From NCBI RefSeq assembly GCF_056712565.1, contig NZ_CM160072.1: a DNA stretch of 64,000 nucleotides. One strand, given 5' to 3'. The translations under genes were made by a program, and so were the position numbers. Below, one piece after another: positions 22,981-34,110 of this stretch (within the stretch, counting starts at the first letter, position 1; each line of letters opens with the position of its first letter). The notes beneath the pieces were generated by a model that saw only the letters and a program-made list of their open reading frames with translations, was not told the DNA's origin and did not search any database.

Positions 22981-25209
22981 ATGTACACACAGACCCTGTA
23001 TGAGTTAAGTCAGGAGGCTGAACGCCTGTTACAGCTTTCTCGCCAACAGTTGCAGTTACTGGAAAAAATGCCTCTCTCTGTACCCGGAGACGATGCGCCA
23101 CAACTGGCTTTACCCTGGAGTCAGCCTAATATCGCCGAACGTCACGCGATGCTGAATAATGAGTTGCGTAAAATTTCCCGACTGGAAATGGTGCTGGCGA
23201 TTGCCGGTACTATGAAAGCAGGGAAATCAACCACCATTAATGCCATTGTTGGTACGGAGGTTCTGCCTAATCGCAATCGCCCAATGACTGCGCTGCCAAC
23301 GCTTATTCGCCATACGCCCGGGCAAAAAGAACCGGTACTGCATTTTTCACATGTCGCGCCAATCGACCATTTAATTCAACAATTACAACAGCGCCTGCGT
23401 GATTGCGATATTAAGCATCTGACCGATGTGCTGGAAATAGATAAAGATATGCGTGCGCTTATGCAGCGGATTGAAAATGGCATCGCTTTCGAAAAATATT
23501 ATCTGGGTGCTCAACCTATTTTTCATTGTCTGAAAAGTTTGAATGATTTGGTGCGACTGGCGAAGGCGCTGGACGTCGATTTTCCTTTTTCTGCTTACGC
23601 CGCCATTGAGCATATTCCCGTGATTGAAGTGGAGTTTGTCCATCTGGCGGGGCTGGAGAGTTATCCCGGTCAGTTGACGTTACTGGATACCCCCGGGCCA
23701 AATGAAGCCGGGCAACCGCATCTGCAAAAAATGCTTAACCAGCAGCTGGCACGCGCCTCGGCGGTACTGGCGGTGCTGGATTATACGCAACTGAAATCGA
23801 TCTCCGATGAAGAGGTCCGTGAGGCAATTTTGGCGGTGGGGCAATCGGTGCCGTTGTATGTGCTGGTCAATAAGTTCGATCAACAGGATCGTAACAGTGA
23901 CGACGCCGACCAGGTGCGGGCACTGATTTCCGGAACGCTGATGAAAGGCTGTATTACGCCACAGCAGATATTTCCGGTGTCGTCGATGTGGGGCTACCTG
24001 GCGAATCGGGCGCGCCATGAGTTAGCCAACAACGGTAAGTTACCACCGCCAGAGCAACAACGCTGGGTGGAAGATTTTGCCCATGCCGCGCTCGGCAGGC
24101 GCTGGCGTCATGCCGATCTGGCGGACCTCGAACATATTCGCCATGCTGCCGATCAGTTGTGGGAAGATTCGCTGTTCGCCCAGCCAATTCAGGCGTTGCT
24201 TCATGCCGCTTACGCTAACGCCTCGTTGTATGCTCTGCGATCTGCCGCGCATAAACTGTTGAATTACGCGCAGCAGGCGCGGGAATACCTGGATTTTCGT
24301 GCGCACGGGTTAAACGTCGCTTGTGAACAATTGCAGCAAAATATCCATCAGGTCGAAGAAAGTTTGCAGCTATTGCAACTCAATCAGGCGCAGGTGAGCG
24401 GCGAGATTAAACATGAAATCGAGTTGGCCCTGACCTCCACCAACCACTTTCTGCGTCAACAGCAAGATGCGGTGAATGCGCAGTTAGCCGCGTTGTTTCA
24501 GGATGATTCGGAGTCGTTAAGTGAGATGCGTACCCGCTGTGAGACACTGTTACAGACGGCGCAGAACACCATCAGTCGCGACTTTACGCTGCGCTTTGCC
24601 GAGCTTGAGTCCACCCTTTGCCGGGTGTTAACCGATGTTATTCGCCCCATTGAGCAACAAGTCAAAATGGAATTGAGTGAGTCTGGGTTTCGTCCTGGGT
24701 TTCATTTTCCTGTTTTTCACGGCGTAGTTCCCCACTTCAACACCCGCCAGCTGTTCAGCGATGCAATATCCCGTCAGGAAGCAACGGATGAGCAGATCAC
24801 CCGTTTTGGCGTTGTGCGTGAGATTTTTTCGCGCTGGTTGAATCAGCCCGACTGGGGACGGGGAAATGAGAAATTCCCGACAGAGACGGTTGATTACAGT
24901 GTGTTGCAACGAGCATTAAGCGCAGAAGTCGATCTTTATTGCCAACAAATGGCTAAAGTTATGGCAGAGCAGGTCGATGAATCTGTTACGGCAGGCATGA
25001 ATACTTTTTTCGCTGAGTTCGCTTCATGTTTGACGGAATTACAGACGCGTTTACGCGAAAGTCTGGCTCTGCGTCAACAAAATGAATCCGTGGTCAGGCT
25101 GATGCAACAGCAATTGCAGCAGACTGTGATGACTCACGGCTGGATTTACACCGACGCTCAGCTGTTACGCGATGATATTCAAACACTTTTCACGGCAGAA
25201 CGATATTGA
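22981..25209 (+). CDS. crfC: Dynamin-like GTPase CrfC (YjdA)
   Basis: 742-aa ORF; P-loop GTMKAGKST near N-terminus, long coiled-coil C-terminus. Confidence 0.9.
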   Translation: MYTQTLYELSQEAERLLQLSRQQLQLLEKMPLSVPGDDAPQLALPWSQPNIAERHAMLNNELRKISRLEMVLAIAGTMKAGKSTTINAIVGTEVLPNRNRPMTALPTLIRHTPGQKEPVLHFSHVAPIDHLIQQLQQRLRDCDIKHLTDVLEIDKDMRALMQRIENGIAFEKYYLGAQPIFHCLKSLNDLVRLAKALDVDFPFSAYAAIEHIPVIEVEFVHLAGLESYPGQLTLLDTPGPNEAGQPHLQKMLNQQLARASAVLAVLDYTQLKSISDEEVREAILAVGQSVPLYVLVNKFDQQDRNSDDADQVRALISGTLMKGCITPQQIFPVSSMWGYLANRARHELANNGKLPPPEQQRWVEDFAHAALGRRWRHADLADLEHIRHAADQLWEDSLFAQPIQALLHAAYANASLYALRSAAHKLLNYAQQAREYLDFRAHGLNVACEQLQQNIHQVEESLQLLQLNQAQVSGEIKHEIELALTSTNHFLRQQQDAVNAQLAALFQDDSESLSEMRTRCETLLQTAQNTISRDFTLRFAELESTLCRVLTDVIRPIEQQVKMELSESGFRPGFHFPVFHGVVPHFNTRQLFSDAISRQEATDEQITRFGVVREIFSRWLNQPDWGRGNEKFPTETVDYSVLQRALSAEVDLYCQQMAKVMAEQVDESVTAGMNTFFAEFASCLTELQTRLRESLALRQQNESVVRLMQQQLQQTVMTHGWIYTDAQLLRDDIQTLFTAERY

Positions 25210-26084
25210 CCAAGACGTTACTGGACGGCCCCGGTCGCGTGCTGGAGTCGGTTCATCCGCGCTTTTTAGTGGATCTGGCGCAGGGCGATGATGCCCGCCT
25301 TCCACAAGCCCATCAGCAGCAGTTTCGTGAACGACTGATGCAGGAACTTCTTGCGCGCGTGCAGCTTCAGACATGGACGAACGGCGGCATGTTAAATGCG
25401 CCGCTTAGCCTGCGTCTGACATTGGTGGAAAAACTGGCGTCGATGCTGGATCCCGGTCATCTGGCGCTGACGCAGATCGCGCAGCATCTGGCGCTGCTGC
25501 AAAAAATGGATCACCGCCAGCACTCTGCTTTCCCGGAGCTCCCCCAGCAAATTGTCGACTTGTATGAGTGGTTTTCAGCCCGTTGTCGCTGGAAGGAAAA
25601 GGCGTTAACGCAACGAGGCCTATTGGTGCAGGCGGGTGAACAGAGCGAGCAAATTTTTACCCGCTGGCGTGCTGGGGCGTATAACGCCTGGTCGTTGCCT
25701 GGGCGCTGCTTTATCGTTCTGGAGGAGTTGCGCTGGGGTGCATTTGGCGATGCCTGCCGTCTGGGAAGACCGCAAGCGGTGGCGTTGTTGCTGGGTGATT
25801 TGCGCGTGAAAGCGACACAACATTTGGCAGAGAGTATCAATGCGGCCCCGACCACGCGTCACTATTACCATCAGTGGTTTGCCTCTTCGACCGTTTCGAC
25901 GGGCGGGGAGCATGCTGATTTTTTAAGTTGGCTGGGAAAGTGGTCCACGGCAGATAAACAACCCGTTTGCTGGTCAGTGACCCAACGCTGGCGAACTGTC
26001 GCACTGGGGATGCCACGACTCTGTTCAGCGCAGCGTCTGGCGGGAGCAATGGTCGAGGAAATCTTCTCTGTAAATTTGGTGTAA
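25206..26084 (+). CDS. yjcZ: YjcZ, partner protein co-transcribed with crfC
   Basis: 292-aa ORF whose ATG overlaps the crfC stop (ATGA). Confidence 0.85.
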   Translation: MTKTLLDGPGRVLESVHPRFLVDLAQGDDARLPQAHQQQFRERLMQELLARVQLQTWTNGGMLNAPLSLRLTLVEKLASMLDPGHLALTQIAQHLALLQKMDHRQHSAFPELPQQIVDLYEWFSARCRWKEKALTQRGLLVQAGEQSEQIFTRWRAGAYNAWSLPGRCFIVLEELRWGAFGDACRLGRPQAVALLLGDLRVKATQHLAESINAAPTTRHYYHQWFASSTVSTGGEHADFLSWLGKWSTADKQPVCWSVTQRWRTVALGMPRLCSAQRLAGAMVEEIFSVNLV

Positions 26085-26347
26085 ATAATCAGTTACACCA
26101 ATGAGTCCTAAACGAAATACATGTGTGAAGTTGATCACAAATTTAAACACTGGTAGGGTAAAAAGGTCATTAACTGCTCAATTCAGGCGTCAACTGGTTT
26201 GATTGTACATTCCTTAACCGGAGGGTGTAAGCAAACCCGCTACGCTTGTTACAGAGATTGCATCCTGCAATTCCCGCTCCCCTTTTGCGGCCGTCGCGCT
26301 GATTTTTCTGGCGTTTGCGGAAATGGGCCAACTCTGCGAGGAAAGCT

Positions 26348-27850
26348 ATGCTGAAAAGGAAAAAAGTAAAACCGATTACCCTTCGTGATGTCACCATTAT
26401 TGATGACGGTAAACTGCGTAAAGCCATTACCGCAGCATCACTGGGTAATGCAATGGAATGGTTCGATTTTGGTGTTTATGGTTTTGTTGCTTACGCATTA
26501 GGTAAAGTTTTTTTCCCGGGGGCTGACCCCAGCGTGCAGATGGTTGCTGCACTCGCCACTTTCTCCGTTCCCTTTCTGATTCGACCGCTTGGCGGGCTCT
26601 TCTTTGGTATGTTGGGCGATAAATATGGTCGCCAGAAGATCCTCGCTATCACTATTGTGATTATGTCGATCAGTACGTTCTGTATTGGCTTAATACCGTC
26701 CTACGACACGATTGGTATTTGGGCACCGATTCTGCTGTTGATCTGTAAGATGGCACAAGGTTTCTCGGTCGGCGGTGAATATACCGGGGCGTCAATATTT
26801 GTTGCGGAATACTCCCCTGACCGTAAACGTGGCTTTATGGGCAGCTGGCTGGACTTTGGTTCTATTGCCGGGTTTGTGCTGGGAGCTGGCGTAGTGGTGT
26901 TAATTTCGACCATTGTCGGCGAAGAGAACTTCCTCGATTGGGGCTGGCGTATTCCGTTCTTTATCGCTCTGCCGTTAGGGATTATCGGGCTTTACCTGCG
27001 CCATGCGCTGGAAGAGACTCCGGCGTTCCAGCAGCATGTCGATAAACTGGAACAGGGCGACCGCGAAGGTTTGCAGGATGGCCCGAAAGTCTCGTTTAAA
27101 GAGATTGCCACCAAACACTGGCGCAGCCTGTTGACATGTATTGGTCTGGTAATTGCCACCAACGTGACTTACTACATGTTGCTGACCTATATGCCGAGTT
27201 ATTTGTCGCATAACCTGCATTACTCCGAAGACCACGGGGTGCTGATTATTATCGCCATTATGATCGGTATGCTGTTTGTTCAACCGGTGATGGGCTTGCT
27301 GAGTGACCGTTTTGGCCGTCGTCCGTTTGTGCTTCTTGGTAGTGTTGCACTGTTTGTGTTGGCGATCCCGGCGTTTATTCTGATTAACAGTAACGTCATC
27401 GGCCTGATTTTTGCCGGCTTATTGATGCTGGCGGTGATCCTTAACTGCTTTACGGGCGTTATGGCTTCTACCTTGCCTGCGATGTTCCCGACGCATATCC
27501 GTTACAGCGCGCTGGCGGCGGCATTTAATATTTCGGTGCTGGTTGCCGGTCTGACGCCAACGCTGGCGGCCTGGCTGGTCGAAAGCTCGCAGAATCTGAT
27601 GATGCCTGCCTATTACCTGATGGTAGTGGCGGTGGTTGGTTTAATCACCGGCGTAACCATGAAAGAGACGGCGAATCGACCGTTGAAAGGTGCGACACCA
27701 GCGGCGTCAGATATACAGGAAGCGAAGGAAATTCTCGTCGAGCATTACGATAATATCGAGCAGAAAATCGATGATATTGACCACGAGATTGCCGATTTGC
27801 AGGCGAAACGTACCCGCCTGGTGCAGCAACATCCGCGAATTGATGAATAA
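26348..27850 (+). CDS. proP: Proline/glycine betaine:H+ symporter ProP (MFS)
   Basis: ORF 26315..27850; start at MLKRKKVKPITLRDV (atg 26348); 12 TM segments and C-terminal coiled coil. Confidence 0.93.
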   Translation: MLKRKKVKPITLRDVTIIDDGKLRKAITAASLGNAMEWFDFGVYGFVAYALGKVFFPGADPSVQMVAALATFSVPFLIRPLGGLFFGMLGDKYGRQKILAITIVIMSISTFCIGLIPSYDTIGIWAPILLLICKMAQGFSVGGEYTGASIFVAEYSPDRKRGFMGSWLDFGSIAGFVLGAGVVVLISTIVGEENFLDWGWRIPFFIALPLGIIGLYLRHALEETPAFQQHVDKLEQGDREGLQDGPKVSFKEIATKHWRSLLTCIGLVIATNVTYYMLLTYMPSYLSHNLHYSEDHGVLIIIAIMIGMLFVQPVMGLLSDRFGRRPFVLLGSVALFVLAIPAFILINSNVIGLIFAGLLMLAVILNCFTGVMASTLPAMFPTHIRYSALAAAFNISVLVAGLTPTLAAWLVESSQNLMMPAYYLMVVAVVGLITGVTMKETANRPLKGATPAASDIQEAKEILVEHYDNIEQKIDDIDHEIADLQAKRTRLVQQHPRIDE

Positions 27851-27961
27851 GCTGAAACGGATGGCCTGATGTGACGCTGTCTAATCAGGTCAATTGAACT
27901 CTTAAGGTTCACTTAATCTCTGACGCGCATACTCTCCTCCAGGTTAACGGAGGAGAGTGCA

Positions 27962-28051
27962 ATGAAAAACCGTGTTTATGAAAGTTTAACTACCGTGTTC
28001 AGCGTGCTGGTGGTCAGCAGCTTTCTTTATATCTGGTTTGCCACGTACTGA
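27962..28051 (+). CDS. pmrR: Small membrane protein PmrR (29 aa)
   Basis: Short ORF MKNRVYESLTTVFSVLVVSSFLYIWFATY preceded by ggagga RBS; single hydrophobic helix; overlaps basS 3' end antisense. Below the 60-aa cutoff of the ORF track. Confidence 0.6.
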   Translation: MKNRVYESLTTVFSVLVVSSFLYIWFATY

Positions 28052-29118
28052 TCTTTTTTCAGCCGTATCCAGGCCCGCGTGCCGGAAGTCTCTTGCCGGT
28101 TTTGCAGGAAAAACTGCCCGTGATGCAACTGTGTAATGCGGCTGACAATACTTAACCCCAGACCAATCCCGCCATAACGGCTGTCCATTCGTACAAACGC
28201 TTTACTCAACTCCCCGCATTTACTCTCATCAATACCCGGCCCTTCATCTTCAACGGCCATGACCGCTCCGCCATCTTCTTGCAGCTTAATCATAATGTTG
28301 CTGCCTTGTGGGCTATAACGATGGGCGTTTTCTACCAGGTTTCGCAATAACATCCGCAGCAGGGTTGCATCACCCTGAACGGTGATGTCGGCGGCGCTCT
28401 CTGGCAATAGCAGGGTTTGCTGGCGCTGGTCGAGCATGGTACTAAGTTCGTCATACGAGGGGAGAATGACATCTTCCAGCAGTTTTACATGTTGATAATT
28501 ACCGGAAGAAAATGACTGTCCGGCACGCGCCAGTTGCAGCAGCTGGGAGACGCTCTCCATCATCTGATCAAGTCGTGCCACTAACGGTGCTACATCAATG
28601 TGATGCGTTTTCGCCAGCAGTTCCAGATGCAAACGCACCCCCGCCAGTGGTGTTCGCAGTTCGTGCGCGACGTCAGCGGTAAACAACCTTTCGTTATCCA
28701 GCGTGCTGGTCAGGCGACTGACCAGATCGTTTAACGCCGAAACCACCGCATCGATTTCGAGGGTGGCGCTATGAATGGCAATGGGCGTTAAGTTATCGGC
28801 GGTGCGCGCTTCCAGCTCTTTTTGCAGCTCCGCCAGCGGTCGGGTGATGCGGCGTACCGCCTGATAGCAGATAAATAGCGTCAGGCTAACCATAAAGACG
28901 CCGGGGACAATCAGGCTGGCGACCGCCTCGCGGATCTCACGCATGATGTGGCGATCGTTGTTGCGATTGTCGCGTAGCGCCTGCTCAAACAGCTGAATCT
29001 GCTCGGTACTTTCATGCCACAGCCAGAAGACGCTGATCAGCTCAAACACCAACAAAATGGCCCCGATGGTCAATATCAGCCGTTGGCGCAGCGATATTGG
29101 TCGGCGCAGAAAACGCAT
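28027..29118 (-). CDS. basS: Sensor histidine kinase BasS (PmrB)
   Basis: ORF 28027..29127; start at MRFLRRPISLRQRL; HAMP, H-box HELRTPL, ATPase domain. Confidence 0.92.
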   Translation of the reverse strand: MRFLRRPISLRQRLILTIGAILLVFELISVFWLWHESTEQIQLFEQALRDNRNNDRHIMREIREAVASLIVPGVFMVSLTLFICYQAVRRITRPLAELQKELEARTADNLTPIAIHSATLEIDAVVSALNDLVSRLTSTLDNERLFTADVAHELRTPLAGVRLHLELLAKTHHIDVAPLVARLDQMMESVSQLLQLARAGQSFSSGNYQHVKLLEDVILPSYDELSTMLDQRQQTLLLPESAADITVQGDATLLRMLLRNLVENAHRYSPQGSNIMIKLQEDGGAVMAVEDEGPGIDESKCGELSKAFVRMDSRYGGIGLGLSIVSRITQLHHGQFFLQNRQETSGTRAWIRLKKDQYVANQI

Positions 29119-29127
29119 CAGATTCAA

Positions 29128-29796
29128 TTAGTTTTCCTCATTTGCGACCAGCATATAGCCAAATCCGCGCACGGTGCGGATACGGGCTTTGCCCACTTTG
29201 TCGCGCAGGTTATGGATATGCACTTCCAGGGTGTTGGTCGAGGGCTCGTTGTCCCAGTTGTAGATATCGTTGTAGAGAATTTCCCGATGCACCGGGCTGC
29301 CTGCTTTAAGCATCAGGCGCGACAGCAGAGCATATTCTTTGGGCGTCAGAATCAGTTCTTCTCCGCTCATCCATACCTGGCGGCGACCCATATTCAGCGT
29401 CAGGTTGCCAACGTTCAGCTCACTTTCGCCCTGATTATTATGGCGTCGTAGCAGGGCGCGGATACGGGCGTGCAACTCTTCCAGCGCAAAAGGCTTCACC
29501 AGATAATCGTCGGCCCCGACATCCAGCCCGGCGATTTTGTCGGTAAGGGTATCGCGGGCGGTGAGAATTAACACCGGCAGAGTGTATTTTTTCTGCCGGA
29601 TACGGGCAAGAAAATGCAGCCCATCTTCATCGGGTAAGCCTAAATCCAGTACCACCAGGCTGTAATGACCGGCTTCAAGGCTTTGTTCCGCCATCCGCGC
29701 GGTGCTCACGCCATCGCACGCGTAGCCTTCGGTTTGCGCCGCCAGAATCAATCCCTGCAATAACAGCGTATCGTCTTCAACAATCAGAATTTTCAT
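29128..29796 (-). CDS. basR: OmpR-family response regulator BasR (PmrA)
   Basis: 222-aa [22 protein letters not shown]... Confidence 0.93.
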   Translation of the reverse strand: MKILIVEDDTLLLQGLILAAQTEGYACDGVSTARMAEQSLEAGHYSLVVLDLGLPDEDGLHFLARIRQKKYTLPVLILTARDTLTDKIAGLDVGADDYLVKPFALEELHARIRALLRRHNNQGESELNVGNLTLNMGRRQVWMSGEELILTPKEYALLSRLMLKAGSPVHREILYNDIYNWDNEPSTNTLEVHIHNLRDKVGKARIRTVRGFGYMLVANEEN

Positions 29797-31436
29797 TCAC
29801 TCACTCTCCTGCAAGTTTGCAGAATATCATCCGCAGCCTGGTAATACTTCGTCTCAACGCCAGTCAGGCCCAATAAGGTTGAGAATAAGTTGTCTTGTGA
29901 ATAGTGTTGCGTTTGCGCCTGTTTTTGCAGGCAGTTCTGGTCAACCTGATACCGTTTTTGATAATCCTCCGATAGCCACAGCAGCATCGGCACCTGTTTT
30001 TGGCTATCCGGGGCGATGGCATAAGGCAGACCGTGCAGATAGATGCCATTTTCACCTAACGATTCACCGTGGTCAGAAAGATAAACCAGGCTGGTGGTAA
30101 ATTTATCCTGATGTTCTTTCAGCAGATTAATCGCTTTATCAACAATATAGTCGACGTAAACCAGCGTGTTGTCGTAAGTGTTCACCAGTTGCTCTTGGGT
30201 ACAGGTCTGGATCTCGTTAGTGTCGCAGGTTGGGGTAAATTTCCTGAACTGCGGCGGATAGCGGTTGTAATAGGTCGGGCCGTGGCTGCCGATAGTGTGT
30301 AATACAATGAGGCCATCGCTTTGCAGATTATTGATGTACTCTTCCAGCCCGTGGAACAGCACTTCGTCATAGCATTCGCCGTTGATGCACTGACCAGGCA
30401 GGTTCAGCGCGGTGACGTTCTGGTGAGGTACGCGATCGCAAACGCCTTTACAGCCGCCATCGTTGTCATTCCACAGCACGTTGATGCCCGCTCGCTGAAT
30501 GATATCCAGCACGCCTTCCTGGTGCTGTGCCAGCTCTTCTTTGTAGTGCTCACGCGGCATATCCGAGAACATGCACGGCACTGAGACGGCTGTTGCTGTG
30601 CCACAAGAGGCGGTATTAGGGAAATAGACCACGTTATCTTTTGCCAGGCGAGGATTGGTTTCGCGTGGATAACCATTCAGCGAGAAATTCTCTGCGCGCG
30701 ACGTTTCTCCGACGATCAAAATGGTCAGGTTTTTGCGTTTCCCATTTTGCATTAATGGGTTGCGGTGAGCATCTTCACCAATGCGTATCAGTGGCAGGTT
30801 GGCTGACCGCTGGTGAGAGTACCACGACCAGCTAGCAACAATGCTGTTGGACGGGCTTAAGGATTTCACCAGTTCTTTGTTGTTGCGAAACAGCGATGCA
30901 TAGTCTTTGTAGAACAGTGCGGCAACCAGCAGAATCAGCAGTACAGAAATCAGGATGTTGGCCCCGCGGAAAAGAACGCTGCGCAGGCGTGAGGTGGTGG
31001 GTTTGATTTTGATCCAGCAGGCAATCAGCGCAGCAAGCACGCCGCTGAATCCCAGCGTTAATAACATTTGCGGCGTCATCAACGCATAACTTTCTGCCGG
31101 AGTGGTATCAATAATATTGGCAATCATCGAGCGGTCGATGACGATGCCGTAAGTCATTATGAAATATTGTGCAGCCGCGCCAACCAGAATAAACAGGCAG
31201 GCCAGCGGTCGATTAAGCCACAAGAAAGAGCTTAGTGTCAGGACAATATTAATCACGCTGAAGGCGACGACCGGCATCGACAAGAAAACCAGTACGTTAT
31301 GCAGCGAGTCCAGCGGCAGCGCCTGCAACACCTGTTTAAAAAAGGCAATATTCAGGCAGATAGAGATATAAAAAGCGGCTAACAATAGCCAGGCGAGTAA
31401 ATTCAAAGAGGGTCTTTTTAGTAGGCGCTTCAACAT
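29793..31436 (-). CDS. eptA: Lipid A phosphoethanolamine transferase EptA (PmrC)
   Basis: ORF 29793..31481; start at [14 protein letters not shown] (cat 31434-31436); N-terminal TM segments plus sulfatase-like domain; overlaps basR. Confidence 0.92.
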   Translation of the reverse strand: MLKRLLKRPSLNLLAWLLLAAFYISICLNIAFFKQVLQALPLDSLHNVLVFLSMPVVAFSVINIVLTLSSFLWLNRPLACLFILVGAAAQYFIMTYGIVIDRSMIANIIDTTPAESYALMTPQMLLTLGFSGVLAALIACWIKIKPTTSRLRSVLFRGANILISVLLILLVAALFYKDYASLFRNNKELVKSLSPSNSIVASWSWYSHQRSANLPLIRIGEDAHRNPLMQNGKRKNLTILIVGETSRAENFSLNGYPRETNPRLAKDNVVYFPNTASCGTATAVSVPCMFSDMPREHYKEELAQHQEGVLDIIQRAGINVLWNDNDGGCKGVCDRVPHQNVTALNLPGQCINGECYDEVLFHGLEEYINNLQSDGLIVLHTIGSHGPTYYNRYPPQFRKFTPTCDTNEIQTCTQEQLVNTYDNTLVYVDYIVDKAINLLKEHQDKFTTSLVYLSDHGESLGENGIYLHGLPYAIAPDSQKQVPMLLWLSEDYQKRYQVDQNCLQKQAQTQHYSQDNLFSTLLGLTGVETKYYQAADDILQTCRRVSE

Positions 31437-31539
31437 CACGGTGTTTCCATCGAACAAAGTGCGCATATGCTCGCAAAGCAAAATTAAGCCAACCTTAAGT
31501 TCTTAAGGTTGGCTTTTATGTTTGCTTGATTAAGGGGAA

Positions 31540-32877
31540 TTAATCTTTGCTTATTGGTGCATCTAAGGGATACGGGTTTTTATGCAGCCGGTTGTAATTC
31601 AGCGCATACATGGCGGTGATTACCATCAGAGTGACAAATGACCACATAACCTCTTTCGCGCCGGACCCTACTACGGCCCAGATGCAGTAGAGGAAGGCAA
31701 TGGTAGTCACTGCCAGATATGCCGGGCGTGCTTTACCAAAGTGACCGTGGCCGAGCAGTAGTAACGCCGCACAGGTGTAAAGATATGGCACCAGTGTAAA
31801 GATGACCGACACGGAAGAAACCAGACCGAATTCTTTGGTCGCGTTTGGCGAAATGCTACTGAGCTGGAAGATGGTCATCAAAATACCGACGATAATCAGC
31901 CCCGCCACTGGCGTGCCCGCTTTATTTACACGGGCAAAAATCGGTGGGAACAGTCCGTCATCGGCAGCGGCTTTCGCCGTTTGACCCGCCAGCAACGTCC
32001 AGCCGCCCAGTGAACCTAAGCAACCCGCAGCTGCGCAGAAGGAAACAATGGCCCCGGCGGTGTCACCCAACGCCATCCGTGCGGCATCACCGAATGGCGA
32101 AGCAGAAACGCGCAGTGCGGCATTAGGGATCATCCCCATAATCGCGGTGGTAGAAAGTACATAGCAAACGGCAGCAATCAATACCCCGCCAATGGTGGCG
32201 ATAGGGACGTTGCGTTTCGGGTTTTTCACCACACCTGCGGCAACGGAGGCACTTTCCACACCGATGAACGACCACAGCGTAACGTTAAGGGTACTTTGAA
32301 TCGCACCGAAGGTGCCCAGGCCGCTGACGTTCCATGCCGCCATATAGGTTTCACCACGGAACCAGAACCAGCCAAATACGGCAATCCCGACGATGGGGAT
32401 CAGCGCCAGCACGGTAGCAACGGCCTGTACGCGGGTGATCATTTTCGGACCGACAATGTTCAGCAGGACGAAGATCCACAGCACCACGACGCAGGTGATG
32501 GTTAATACCAATGGATCTTTCAGAATCGGGAAGAAGTAACTTAAATATCCTACGCCAATGACCACCATAGCGATATTGCCGATCCAGCAGGCCAGCCAGT
32601 AGAGGACGTTGGTTTGATAACCGAGAAACGGGCCAAAGCAGCGGCGGGCGTAAGCGTAAGAACCACCAGGACTTGGGTCGAGGAACGACATTTTGGCGTA
32701 TACCATCGAGAGCCCCAGCGCACCGATAATCGTCACCAACCATCCATAAATGGCAATCCCGCCAGTGGAGGCCAGGTTTGCAGGTAACAGAAAAACACCT
32801 GACCCCATAATATTCCCCGACACCATCAGGGTGACGGGGATTAAGCCCACTTTGTGAGCATCAGCATCCGAAGACAT
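31540..32877 (-). CDS. adiC: Arginine:agmatine antiporter AdiC (APC family)
   Basis: 445-aa polytopic membrane ORF. Confidence 0.93.
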
Positions 32878-33013
32878 AATTAAACTCCTGCGAAGGCGAG
32901 CTTCGTGACAATAAATTACGTCATATCATACGCCTGCATTCGATAGTTGAATTATTATCGGCCGGGTTATCGCTGATGCCGTTATTAATATAGCTCTTCG
33001 TTAAGGTTAAAAA

Positions 33014-33775
33014 TCAGGCGACAGTGCGTTCTCTGTGCTGACTAACATAATGCAGCGGCGTCATACCGTAGAAGTCTTTAAAGACAGAAATAAAGTACGA
33101 CGTACTGTTGTAGCCGCAGGACTGTGATACCTGAGAGATATTTTTACCGTCCATCATTAATTCATTTACGGCATAACGCATGCGGCAGGTGGTGATTATT
33201 TGGCTATAACTGGTGTTTTCGCTTTTCAGCTTTTTCTTTAACAGACTTGGGCTAAGACATAAACAACTGGCTACCATACTAAGATTCCAGTCTTTGTGGA
33301 TATCGCTTTCAATAATTTGATAAACGCTGTCACTTACACAATTACGTAACATATACATCATTAGTGAAAGGAATTTTTTACTGTCGAGAAAACGGGATAG
33401 CACAGTGAATAATAATGCACGTGTTCGTTCCTTTTCTGACTCAGTTTCAGCGGGCATCATGCTATGCTGCGCGGCAACGCGAAAGACGTCTGGCGTCAGG
33501 CATGGCAGGGTGAGGATGGGCGTAGCGCTACGTTGCCATACTGGTATTTGCGAGAGATCTTTATTCAGAAACCGGAGGTAATCTTTGATGATGTCGTGAC
33601 TAATATGAGCAACCAAAGTGTTATTAAGAGAGGAGACGTCGATAATATTATTTTCACAATTTAATAACGCCATGTGGTTAGCTTTAAGGCTAATAGGTTC
33701 TTTCCCATTCACCCTTATCCAGACATCTTTTTCAGTCAATAAAACAATACAAGGTTGGTCGCTGCAAATCCTCAT
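33014..33775 (-). CDS. adiY: AraC-family regulator AdiY
   Basis: 253-aa ORF with C-terminal AraC HTH. Confidence 0.9.
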   Translation of the reverse strand: MRICSDQPCIVLLTEKDVWIRVNGKEPISLKANHMALLNCENNIIDVSSLNNTLVAHISHDIIKDYLRFLNKDLSQIPVWQRSATPILTLPCLTPDVFRVAAQHSMMPAETESEKERTRALLFTVLSRFLDSKKFLSLMMYMLRNCVSDSVYQIIESDIHKDWNLSMVASCLCLSPSLLKKKLKSENTSYSQIITTCRMRYAVNELMMDGKNISQVSQSCGYNSTSYFISVFKDFYGMTPLHYVSQHRERTVA

Positions 33776-34110
33776 ACATGTACTCCTGAGTGCGAATAAA
33801 AGACCAGTTCTCGCTAAAGCGAAGCGATACCGGGAAATGGTTATATAATTGTATGATGAATATAAACATGCATAAAAATAACGAGTTTTACTAATATTAC
33901 AAATTTTTATAGTAATTTCTCATGTACATATTTTTTTACAGGCTAAAAAAAGGATAAATAACAGGCAAAAAAAAGCGCGGGGTGGGACCGCGCAAAAAGC
34001 ATGACATTTTTTGTTTGCAGCAATTTTTATGAAAACGTTGCCATACTTAAAAGGCCTCAAGCCAGGCGGCGTAATGTTATTTAACAATTACGCCTTCAGC
34101 GGAATAGTGG

